From positions 1 through 64,000 of IMG/VR virus record IMGVR_UViG_3300037471_001511: a stretch of 64,000 bases of DNA. The stretch is one strand, 5' to 3'. The translations under genes and the position numbers were made by a program. Positions 56,566-64,000 of the stretch are shown here, one piece after another. Position 1 is the first letter of the stretch; each line of letters starts with the position of its first letter. The stretch is from a virus. Its lineage: Duplodnaviria > Heunggongvirae > Uroviricota > Caudoviricetes. The notes below the pieces were generated by a model. The model made no database searches, had not been told where the DNA came from, and worked only from the letters and a program-made list of their open reading frames with translations.

Positions 56566-56626
56566 CCGACAGTTACCACGACCGTCCTACTAGACGATCC
56601 GAGCATTTAATGAACAGCTCGGACTC

Positions 56627-57088
56627 ATGACTGAAAATCCCACCTACCCGACCCTGACGGACGCCGCCCTGGTTCCGTTCCGCGCGCTCGAGGTCCAGCT
56701 CGACAAGTTCCCTGACCTGTTCGACCGGCCCGACTGCCCCTACCCGCCTCACATCCGCACCGTCGTGCAGCGCCTGTGCGGCGTGACCGCGGAGGCGCCC
56801 ACCGCCTACGACGACGAGAGTCTCGAGAGCGAGATCGTCAGCCTCTACAACGAGCTGAAACGCGTCGGCCTGAACGTCACCGGCGTCGACGCCAAGGAAA
56901 AAATCGCCCTGCTCAAGACTTCGGGCGATCTGCTGACCAAGATGGTCCAGCTCCGAGAGCGTCAGATCAACGTACGAGAGATGGGCGCCTTCCAGCGACT
57001 GGTGATCCAGTTCATGGAAGAGAGCATGACGCCTGCTCAGCGCAACGAATTCATTGAAAAGATGGGGAAATACCTCGATGTTCGCTGA
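56627..57088 (+). CDS. hypothetical protein (153 aa)
   Basis: first gene of rightward operon. Confidence 0.45.
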   Translation: MTENPTYPTLTDAALVPFRALEVQLDKFPDLFDRPDCPYPPHIRTVVQRLCGVTAEAPTAYDDESLESEIVSLYNELKRVGLNVTGVDAKEKIALLKTSGDLLTKMVQLRERQINVREMGAFQRLVIQFMEESMTPAQRNEFIEKMGKYLDVR

Positions 57089-59513
57089 GTACGCCCCGTT
57101 CTACTGGGCCAAGGGCCTGCCGGCGATGCCGCTGCGGCCCAGGTCCAAGATCCCGGCCCTGATGTCGTGGCAGCACTTCGCCAAGAAGATGCCCAACGCC
57201 GACGAACAGGCGGCCTGGCTGGCCGCCTACCCCGACGGCAACATGGGCCTGCCGCTGGGCGAGCAGTCGAGGATCGTGGTGATCGACCTCGACACCGACG
57301 ACCCCAAGGTGCTCAGGATCCTCGAGAGCCTGATGCCGCCGACCCCGTGGGTGAGACGGGGCAAGAAGGGCGCGGTCTACGCGTTCCGCTTCAACGGCGA
57401 GCGCAGCTTCCGCATCAAGGACGAGGACGGCGCGTCGATCCTGGAGGTGCTGTCGAGCGGCACGCAGGTGGTGCTGCCGCCGTCGATCCACCCCGACACC
57501 CAGCTGCCCTACGAGGCCAACGCGCCGCTGTACGAGGTGCTCGACCGGCTGAACCCGCTGCCGGCCAACTTCGAGGGCGCCGTCCGCAAGGCGCTGATCG
57601 ACGAGGGCTACAAGCTCACCACGCGCGGCCAGACCAAGCTGATCGAGTGGGTGCCGGCCGGCGGCCGGGACTCGGCGCTGGTGTCCGTCGCCGGCCTCAC
57701 CGCCCGCGACATCCTGAGCGGGCGGATTTCGCTGCTCGAGGGGCTGAACCAGATCGCCACCTGGGTGTCCGCGTTCACCGAACGGGTGATCGGCGACAGC
57801 ATGAGCGCGGCCAAGGCGCAGGAGAAGGTGCTCGAGTTCCTCCGCCGCGACGTGGTCGAGCACAAGAAGATGCTCCCGCCCGGCTGGGACGCCGGCATGG
57901 ATCCGAGCGAGGTGATCCGCCTGCGCACCTACTTCGGCGAGGACGTCGAGGAATGGGACCAGGCCCGGCTGCTGGACTACCTGACGCAGAAGTTCATCGA
58001 GATCCCGCGCGAGGACATCCTGGGCCGCACCAAGATCATCGACGAGACGGTGATCAGGATCGCCCGCTCGACGGCGCTGACCAGCATCGACGAGGACGTG
58101 ATCGTCCGCTTCATCGTCTCGGCCAACAACCGGCTGATCACCGCCGAGTCGCTGCGCAAGGAGCTGAAGAAGCTGCGGGCCGGCGAGATGCAGGGCAACG
58201 ACCACACCGAGATCGCCACCGCCCTGCTGGAACGGCTCGAGGCCTACGGCGAGATCCGCTTCTACGGCACCACCTTCTACCAGTGGCGGGGGTCGCACTG
58301 GCAGGAGCTGCCCGAGACCCGGCTGTTCGACGAGCTGGCCAAGGAGTTCGGCAAGCTGCCGGCCGCGCGCCGGCACGCCGACCACAAGGGCATCATCGCG
58401 GTGGTCCGCACGCTGGCCAGCAAGCCGCTGGTCGAGCTGTCGGTCCCGGGCGTCAACTTCGCCAACGGCTACCTGACCCTGGACCTCGAGCTGCGCCCCC
58501 ACGAGCCGAAGTACGGGGCCACCTACGTGCTGCCGTACCGCTACATGCCCGAGTGCGGCACGCCGCTGCGCTTCCTGTCGTTCCTCGACCAGTGCTGGGG
58601 CGAGGATCCCGACTACCCTGAGAAAGTGCAGGCGGTGCGCGAGGCGGTGGCGGTGACGCTGTTCGGCCTGGCCGCCCGTTTCTCGAGGGCGATCTGCCTG
58701 TACGGCGTGCCCAACTCGGGCAAGTCGACCCTGTCGAAGATCGTGCTCGGCCTGGTCCCCGAGAGCGCCGCCTGCAGCGTCCCGCCGCACGACTGGGGCG
58801 ACAAGTTCCTGCCCAGCCAGATGGCCGGCAAGTTGGTCAACTTCTGCGGCGAGCTGTCGGAGTCGGCGATGATCTCGGGCTCGGCGTTCAAGTCCATCGT
58901 CGAGGGCGAGGAGATGAACGGCCAGCACAAGGGCAAGGACATCTTCAAGTTCCGCCCGTTGTGCGCCCACTGGTTCGCCTCCAACCACCTGCCCCGCACC
59001 CGGGACACCAGCGCAGGCTTCAACAGGCGGTGGCTGTTCCTGCACTTCACCCGGGCGATCAGCCAGGCGATCAAGGTGCTGGGTCTCGAGAACGACATCC
59101 TGGCCGAAGAGCGCGAGATGATCGCGTCGTGGGCGGTGGGGGTCCTACCAGAGCTGCTGCAGCGGCAGGAGTACACGCTGCCGCGGTCGCACTGGGAGCT
59201 GGTGTCGGAGGTGGCGGCGTCCAACAACAGCATCCGTTTTTTCTTGCTGTCGGGAGCGGTCGAGGTCCGCGCCGCTCCCGAGGACGGGGGATCCTCGATC
59301 CGCACGTCCGAGAGGGACCTGTACGGGCGCTACTATGCCTTCTGCAAGACGTTGGCCAATGTACCGCCTGTTGCCTTGAAGCGCTTCAGGCTGATGGCCC
59401 AGGAGCTGCAATCCGAGCTAGGGTTCAACATCCGCGTCACCACGGGCAATTGCGGGGAAGAGTGCCACTACGAGAACCTCATGCTCGTCACTGCAGCAAA
59501 GAGGGCCTCGTAG
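57078..59513 (+). CDS. primase-helicase (N-terminal PrimPol-like domain, C-terminal P4/D5-type SF3 helicase)
   Basis: VVIDLDTDD acidic primase motif near N-terminus; Walker A GVPNSGKST in C-terminal half. Confidence 0.7.
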   Translation: MFAEYAPFYWAKGLPAMPLRPRSKIPALMSWQHFAKKMPNADEQAAWLAAYPDGNMGLPLGEQSRIVVIDLDTDDPKVLRILESLMPPTPWVRRGKKGAVYAFRFNGERSFRIKDEDGASILEVLSSGTQVVLPPSIHPDTQLPYEANAPLYEVLDRLNPLPANFEGAVRKALIDEGYKLTTRGQTKLIEWVPAGGRDSALVSVAGLTARDILSGRISLLEGLNQIATWVSAFTERVIGDSMSAAKAQEKVLEFLRRDVVEHKKMLPPGWDAGMDPSEVIRLRTYFGEDVEEWDQARLLDYLTQKFIEIPREDILGRTKIIDETVIRIARSTALTSIDEDVIVRFIVSANNRLITAESLRKELKKLRAGEMQGNDHTEIATALLERLEAYGEIRFYGTTFYQWRGSHWQELPETRLFDELAKEFGKLPAARRHADHKGIIAVVRTLASKPLVELSVPGVNFANGYLTLDLELRPHEPKYGATYVLPYRYMPECGTPLRFLSFLDQCWGEDPDYPEKVQAVREAVAVTLFGLAARFSRAICLYGVPNSGKSTLSKIVLGLVPESAACSVPPHDWGDKFLPSQMAGKLVNFCGELSESAMISGSAFKSIVEGEEMNGQHKGKDIFKFRPLCAHWFASNHLPRTRDTSAGFNRRWLFLHFTRAISQAIKVLGLENDILAEEREMIASWAVGVLPELLQRQEYTLPRSHWELVSEVAASNNSIRFFLLSGAVEVRAAPEDGGSSIRTSERDLYGRYYAFCKTLANVPPVALKRFRLMAQELQSELGFNIRVTTGNCGEECHYENLMLVTAAKRAS

Positions 59514-59579
59514 ACTTCGACCTGTGGGAACACGGCTGGGCGTGGAAGATCCTCCACGCCCAACCGGAGAAGCGCCCCG

Positions 59580-59813
59580 TCACGTCGAAGCGGCGGTGAA
59601 CGTCAGGTAGTAGGCCTTGCCGGGCTCGAACTGGATGGCGGCGTCAGGGTTGTCGATCGTCATCCAGAGTTCGCCCGACGGCGTGGCCTTCGTGAACCGC
59701 TTGTTCTCCTCGTTCTCGCCGAGCGCCCCCTCATAGACGGGGATCAGCTTGACCTTCTTCGAGTAGCCGTAGTCCTCGACAGAAATGCAGGTGAATTTCG
59801 CGCGCACGGACAT
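59580..59813 (-). CDS. hypothetical protein (77 aa)
   Basis: protein-like composition. Confidence 0.45.
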   Translation of the reverse strand: MSVRAKFTCISVEDYGYSKKVKLIPVYEGALGENEENKRFTKATPSGELWMTIDNPDAAIQFEPGKAYYLTFTAAST

Positions 59814-59956
59814 GCGTGTGCTCCTATGGCTTTCAAGGTTTGGGGGAGGCCTCCCCAGTCTCTGTCGGCCCGGAATTGGATCGTCGGGCGAGACGGGCTG
59901 GGGATCAGCTCGAACGGCCTAGCACGGCCTCGGTCGGCGCGGTCGGAAACCTATTC

Positions 59957-59979
59957 GGTTCCACTGGAACACTGGTTCC
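59957..59979. promoter_or_regulatory. motif copy GGTTCCACTGGAAC plus partial ACTGGTTCC
   Basis: 145 bp upstream of the 59813 gene start. Confidence 0.45.
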
Positions 59980-60101
59980 GGACTTGCGGACCTTTTCCCG
60001 TAATGACCACCTCGCTGGCACGAGGCCCACCCCACGGGTAGCAGGTCCGCCTTGATGCCCGCCCTGTCCAGACATGGGCCGCGGGGAGTCCCTGGGGTGG
60101 C

Positions 60102-60302
60102 TTAGGTGTGTTGGTCGAGAAAGTTGCGGAGCGCTTCCAGCTCGAGCTGGTCGATCCTGTGCTCGAGCAGCTCGTATTCGGTCTCGACGGCGAGGACCGC
60201 GCCGCCCTCGGGGCGGATCGCGAGGCTGAAACCGCTGTCTTCGGGCCGGCCTGGCCACCCGTAGGTGTCGCCCGACACCACGCCGAACTGGATCTGGCTC
60301 AT
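60102..60302 (-). CDS. hypothetical protein (66 aa)
   Basis: ATGA-coupled to upstream tiny gene. Confidence 0.4.
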   Translation of the reverse strand: MSQIQFGVVSGDTYGWPGRPEDSGFSLAIRPEGGAVLAVETEYELLEHRIDQLELEALRNFLDQHT

Positions 60303-60400
60303 CGGTTGGCCACCCAAGTGCAGAAAGCGAGCGCCACAAGGCCCATCACCCAGACGATGCCTTCGATGGCGGCGATTTTGACGTCGTTGTCGGTCTTCAT
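60299..60400 (-). CDS. tiny membrane protein (33 aa)
   Basis: MKTDNDVKIAAIEGIVWVMGLVALAFCTWVANR. Confidence 0.3.
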   Translation of the reverse strand: MKTDNDVKIAAIEGIVWVMGLVALAFCTWVANR

Positions 60401-60530
60401 GCTCGGCTCTCCGGCCTCGGTCGGCGGGGTACGGCTCGGGACCGTCCCCGCCGGCCTCGGTGCGTTGCCAGGGAGGCTACACAGCGAAGCTAGACCCGAA
60501 AAACGCGATTGGGGGCCGGAATCGTCACTA

Positions 60531-60542
60531 TTCCACTGGAAT
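60531..60542. promoter_or_regulatory. motif copy TTCCACTGGAAT followed by an AT-rich stretch
   Basis: in divergent intergenic region 60401-60835. Confidence 0.45.
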
Positions 60543-60787
60543 TGGCGAAAAATGGGCCGTTTTTGAGTAAATCCGGCTCATTTTTGAAGATTTCGCTATG
60601 ATAGCAGTCAATTTTCGAAAATTTCCGCGAGGTATTTTCGAGATGGTCGGCCTGGGGCCATTGATTTTGCTCAATAAATCGGTGTACGGCTCCTGGCCGA
60701 GGTCCTCATCCGCGACCATAGGTCCGTCAGTTGTATTGTTCGGGTGCGAGTATCCTTCTGTCGCTGCGGCGACGGGGGCCGCGCCTC

Positions 60788-60809
60788 GGTTTCCCCGGCC
60801 GGGGAAAAC
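60788..60809. repeat. palindrome GGTTTCCCCGGCCGGGGAAAAC, copy 1
   Basis: 27 bp upstream of ATG 60836. Confidence 0.6.
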
Positions 60810-60835
60810 GCAACGCAACCGAGAGGCTTAGACCC

Positions 60836-61714
60836 ATGACCGTTGTCGATACCGCCGCCCCCGTGGCCCCCGCCGCGACCGTGGCCCCCGCCCCCGTCGC
60901 CCCCGTCGCCCCCGCGACGCAAACCGCGTCGGCGCCGCTCGCCGCCGCGTCGGCTCCGGCCGAACAACCGGCCGTCCTGTACTCGGCTGAAGTGTACGTC
61001 GCCCCCTTCCGCGACAACGTGTCCAACGCGGTGAACGTGTTGATCGAAGCGAACAAATCGCTCCTCGCCCGCACGTCCGAACTCGCCTTGGCGTACATGG
61101 CCGCGTTCCCCGCCGCGTCGGTCGGGGATTGGACGAAATACATGAAGGACGCGGAACCCTCCGACGGTTCGGTTTCCACCTCCACGCTCAACAACAACCG
61201 GACCTATGTGAAGAACTGGCTGAACGCGGGGCACATGGCGGGGGTCCGTCACCACGTCGGCGACCCGTCGCGACTGACGGCCGAACAGTTCAAGGCGGCC
61301 GTAGTGGCGTACGCGGAAAAGAACGGGACGGCGCCCCGCCCGACCGAAACCCGCACCACGCGGGCCGCGCAACCCCCCGCGCAACCGGCCCCCGCGCAAG
61401 GGACCATCGGCACGTCGCAACCGGCGCCCGAACCGGCCCCCGCCGCGACCACGCAACCGGCGCCGGAACCGGCCCCCGCGACCACGACGGCGGACCCGGC
61501 CCCCGTCGCGGCCACGGGCGACGGCGCGGCCAAGGCGGACAACCTGCGGGGCCGCGTGTGCGACTTGATCGCCATGCTGGAGGCCGACGCGGTGACGGGC
61601 GACGGCCACGCGCTCGCCGCCTTGGAGGCGATCGCCGAACGGGTGACGGTCGCGCTCGCCGCCGCGACCGCTCCGGCCCCCGCCACGGCGGCGACGGCCC
61701 CCGCCGTCCACTAA
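60836..61714 (+). CDS. Ala/Pro-rich protein (292 aa) with central globular domain
   Basis: APVAPAATVAPAPVAPVAPA and QPAPEPAPA low-complexity flanks. Confidence 0.5.
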   Translation: MTVVDTAAPVAPAATVAPAPVAPVAPATQTASAPLAAASAPAEQPAVLYSAEVYVAPFRDNVSNAVNVLIEANKSLLARTSELALAYMAAFPAASVGDWTKYMKDAEPSDGSVSTSTLNNNRTYVKNWLNAGHMAGVRHHVGDPSRLTAEQFKAAVVAYAEKNGTAPRPTETRTTRAAQPPAQPAPAQGTIGTSQPAPEPAPAATTQPAPEPAPATTTADPAPVAATGDGAAKADNLRGRVCDLIAMLEADAVTGDGHALAALEAIAERVTVALAAATAPAPATAATAPAVH

Positions 61715-61739
61715 CGGTTTCCCCGGCCGGGGAAAACCG
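61715..61739. repeat. palindrome CGGTTTCCCCGGCCGGGGAAAACCG, copy 2
   Basis: starts 1 bp after stop of the 292-aa gene. Confidence 0.6.
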
Positions 61740-61744
61740 ACCTC

Positions 61745-61777
61745 GCCCCCCGGGCTCCGGCCCGGGGGGCCTTTCCC
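61745..61777 (+). terminator. GC-rich hairpin GCCCCCCGGG-ctccgg-CCCGGGGGGC followed by CTTTCCC (weak U-tract)
   Basis: perfect 10-bp stem. Confidence 0.4.
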
Positions 61778-61831
61778 GCATCGACGCCCAGGATCCTGGG
61801 CCGCGCCTTCCGTGCGCGAAGGGAGATCCGC

Positions 61832-62048
61832 CATGACCGTTTCCGCCGGCCGCGCCGCCGAATGGCGCGCCCGCGCTCACGCCGCCTTGACGCGGCGCGA
61901 GGCGATTTTCGACGAACTCGAAACCGAGACCGATCCGGAGCGCGCGGCCCTGTTGCGCCGCTCGCTGGAGGACGAACGCGCCCGCTTCGAGACCGCCCTG
62001 CAGACCGCCGGCCGCTACATGCGGTTCCGGCCCCGGTCCGCCGCCTGA
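61832..62048 (+). CDS. hypothetical protein (72 aa)
   Basis: ATG 61832. Confidence 0.4.
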
Positions 62049-62066
62049 TTTCCCCGGCCGGGGAAA
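62049..62066. repeat. palindrome TTTCCCCGGCCGGGGAAA, copy 3
   Basis: fills the 35-bp gap between two small genes, starting 1 bp after a stop; RBS AAGGAG follows. Confidence 0.6.
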
Positions 62067-62083
62067 CCGCCAAGGAGACCGCC

Positions 62084-62470
62084 ATGCCGATCACGATCAC
62101 GACGGTGATCCGCCGTCGCGTCGAGCCCCCGCCCCCGCCCGAGGCGGTGGACGGAACCATCCACTACGACCCGCGCGACCCGGCCGGGTTTTCCGATCCC
62201 GGTCGGCGCCGCTACGACGACCGCTCCGGCACGTGGCTGCGCGTGCCCGATCCCGATCCGCGGGACACCCGACGGCCGGCGTTCAAGACCGTGACCCCGC
62301 GCACCGTGGCCGGGGGATCGCCCTACGTGGTTCGGGACCGCGTCACGGGCTCGATCCTGTGGCGCTTCCGGGCGTGGACGCGCCAGGCCGCGCAGTCGGA
62401 GTGCGACCGCCTGACCCTGCTCTCGGGCGGACGCGTGCATTGGACCAGGCTGGAGGACGACGCATGCTGA
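62084..62470 (+). CDS. hypothetical protein (128 aa)
   Basis: RBS AAGGAGACC; ATG 62084. Confidence 0.45.
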   Translation: MPITITTVIRRRVEPPPPPEAVDGTIHYDPRDPAGFSDPGRRRYDDRSGTWLRVPDPDPRDTRRPAFKTVTPRTVAGGSPYVVRDRVTGSILWRFRAWTRQAAQSECDRLTLLSGGRVHWTRLEDDAC

Positions 62471-62601
62471 TCCGCTCGAACCCGTACGGGGCCTACCGGC
62501 CGTCGCTGACGCTCGACCTGCGCCGTCGCGAACTGGTGTGGATCGCCCGCACCTTCATCGTGGTCTGGGGCCGCTATGTGGAGTACGCGTGGCGGGTCTG
62601 A
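62464..62601 (+). CDS. hypothetical small protein (45 aa)
   Basis: ATGCTGA overlap with previous stop. Confidence 0.3.
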   Translation: MLIRSNPYGAYRPSLTLDLRRRELVWIARTFIVVWGRYVEYAWRV

Positions 62602-62689
62602 CCGGGAGGGGGGTGCCGTCGCCGCCGCCCGGGAGGCTTGCGTCGGTAGAATGTGGCCTTTTTGCGCCCGAAAAGTGCCTTTACGCCTC

Positions 62690-62860
62690 AAGTCTCCTTA
62701 CTTTGATTTCTTCAGACACAGATTGTTCTATTAGAAATATATATAAGATTTGATGCTAAATTAGGGACGATGAAGCGTTTAATGCTATCATCGTTTGTCG
62801 ATAAATAACCTAGCCAGCCCGCAAATTTCACGCGAGCCAAGCTTTTGTATTGCTTGTTGA
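62690..62860. other. AT-rich island (about 30% GC in a 65% GC genome)
   Basis: ctattagaaatatatataagatttgatgctaaattaggg...atcatcgtttgtcgataaataacc. Confidence 0.6.
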
Positions 62861-62880
62861 TTTCCCCGGCCGGGGAAATC
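62859..62880. repeat. palindrome GATTTCCCCGGCCGGGGAAATC, copy 4 (perfect 22-mer)
   Basis: 75 bp upstream of ATG 62953. Confidence 0.6.
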
Positions 62881-62952
62881 CGAGCCCGATCCCCACCCTG
62901 AACCTTCACCCACGCCGCTCGATCCTCGGGCCGCTGCAAAGGAGCCTGCGTC

Positions 62953-63318
62953 ATGCACGTCTTCGTCGATCTCACCGACCCCCAGCTCGACCAGCTGCTC
63001 AAGAACAGCATCGAGCGGGTCGTGAACACCAGCATCAGCATCATCGAAACGACGCCGTCGGACGAGCCCGACCTGATCGAGACCAACCTGCTCGACTGGA
63101 AAGCGCTCAAGCCGATCGTCGTCGCCCTGTGGAGCGCGGCCCAAGCAGCGCGCAGACAGGATCTGCAGCCCGCACCCCCGATCATGGTCGACGCGGACAC
63201 GACCAAGATCCGCACCGTCCAACTCATGGGTATGGTCCACCACGCCTTCGAGGTGAATGGTGAGCTGTATGTCAGCCCCAAGCCGATCGGCCGGGTTGGC
63301 GACTGCATCCGCCCCTAG
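62953..63318 (+). CDS. hypothetical protein (121 aa)
   Basis: RBS AAAGGAG; protein-like. Confidence 0.45.
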   Translation: MHVFVDLTDPQLDQLLKNSIERVVNTSISIIETTPSDEPDLIETNLLDWKALKPIVVALWSAAQAARRQDLQPAPPIMVDADTTKIRTVQLMGMVHHAFEVNGELYVSPKPIGRVGDCIRP

Positions 63319-63330
63319 AAGGAGCTAGCC

Positions 63331-63606
63331 ATGTGGCCTGTCGTCGACGTTCCTGTACCACCCGCCCAGGTCCAAGCCTACGTGGTCGAGACCTGCATGC
63401 GCCGGCCCAGCTCGACGCCGCTGATCGTCACCAACGAGCGGCAGATCGACTGCGTAGGGCGCTTCGGGACCACCCGCTACGTGCTGCTGCCCACGCCCAA
63501 GGGCACCAAGGTGCAGGTGTCCGCCGAAGAACCGCTCATGACGCCGCAACAGGCCGAGGAGGACGCCCAGCGCTGGGCCGACGGCGTGAGGGAAGAATTC
63601 CCATGA
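63331..63606 (+). CDS. hypothetical protein (91 aa)
   Basis: RBS GAAGGAG; overlaps downstream start. Confidence 0.45.
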   Translation: MWPVVDVPVPPAQVQAYVVETCMRRPSSTPLIVTNERQIDCVGRFGTTRYVLLPTPKGTKVQVSAEEPLMTPQQAEEDAQRWADGVREEFP

Positions 63607-64000
63607 GATACAGCACCTTGGACGGCATGCGCGGCGTGGCCGCACTGGCCGTCGTCGTCGCCCACGTGTGCGAAATGCTGTTCGAGCTGCGCCTCGAGAA
63701 CATCAGCTTCGCGGTCGACTTCTTCTTCGCGCTCAGCGGCTTCGTGCTGGCCGACCCCAAGCCCGGCTTTCTCAAGCAGCGCGCGATCCGTCTGCTGCCG
63801 CTGAGCCTGCTCGGCCTCGTCGCCGGCCTGCTGCTGGACCCCTCTCCACCCTACAACTACGTGGTGCCGTGGAACGGGCCGCTGTGGTCGCTGGTGGTGG
63901 AGGCCGCAGCCAATCTCGTGTGGGGGCTCGCCGCACCGTACCTGCGGACGCGCCACCTCGTCCTCATCACCGCCACCTTCGGCGCCGTCCTGCTGGTCGA
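63603..64000 (+). CDS. acyltransferase-3 family membrane O-acetyltransferase (Oac/OafA-like), 3' end beyond the window
   Basis: N-terminal LDGMRGVAALAVVVAHV signature followed by multiple TM helices. Confidence 0.65.
   Translation, partial: MRYSTLDGMRGVAALAVVVAHVCEMLFELRLENISFAVDFFFALSGFVLADPKPGFLKQRAIRLLPLSLLGLVAGLLLDPSPPYNYVVPWNGPLWSLVVEAAANLVWGLAAPYLRTRHLVLITATFGAVLLV

Noticed and set aside
1570-60542. Equating GTTCCAnTGGAAC with the alphaproteobacterial LexA box or an ECF sigma -35 element
   Set aside because: The alpha LexA box is a direct GTTC-N7-GTTC repeat, not an inverted one. GGAAC is present, but no consistently spaced CGTT -10 follows.
1-64000. CRISPR arrays, IS elements or transposases, reverse transcriptases (retron or DGR)
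   Set aside because: No spaced direct-repeat arrays, DDE/HTH transposase motifs or RT motifs (YxDD) were seen in any frame.

Overview
High-GC (~65%) segment of a temperate siphovirus-like phage genome. The morphogenesis genes resemble phage lambda (a G/GT tail-chaperone frameshift, a 2013-aa tape measure, and homologues of tail proteins M, L, K, I and J). The integrase gene is followed directly by a 3' tRNA-Met fragment flanked by TGTCCCCAAA repeats, which is the arrangement expected for attP (the phage attachment site). Phage genes lie on both sides of this site, so the window looks like a phage or replicative-form genome rather than an integrated prophage edge. Two paralogous proteins whose helix-turn-helix units resemble the N-terminal DNA-binding domain of GcrA, an alphaproteobacterial cell-cycle regulator, suggest a Caulobacter-like host.

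Layout:
- 1-12.5 kb (+ strand): replication, recombination and nucleotide-metabolism module. It contains the C-terminus of a family A DNA polymerase, an Hjc-like resolvase, an orphan C5 cytosine methyltransferase, a DEDDh exonuclease, SbcD/SbcC-like proteins, a dNMP kinase, an SPFH lipoprotein and a class II (B12-dependent) ribonucleotide reductase.
- 12.7-14.7 kb: excisionase-like gene, tyrosine integrase, the attP region, and a complete tRNA-like gene on the minus strand.
- 14.8-21.7 kb (- strand): an operon of about 20 small early genes ending at an XRE-family repressor with operator-like repeats.
- 21.8-56.5 kb (- strand): the structural operon. Going rightward it runs tail fibre/depolymerase, PhoH, spanins/endolysin/holin, an RHH protein, gpJ-like protein, an unusual HTH-metallophosphoesterase, gpI, JAB, NlpC/P60, gpL, gpM, tape measure, G/GT, major tail, head genes, portal and large terminase.
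- 56.6-64 kb (+ strand): a primase-helicase; a cassette-like array of small genes, each preceded by the 18-bp perfect palindrome TTTCCCCGGCCGGGGAAA; a ~30%-GC island; and a partial acyltransferase-3 (O-acetylase) gene.

The most notable cross-cutting signal is a second palindrome, GTTCCAnTGGAAC. It recurs at 10 or more operon boundaries and, as a four-copy cluster, inside one coding sequence. I could not run searches, so every functional call rests on motifs I recognised by eye.
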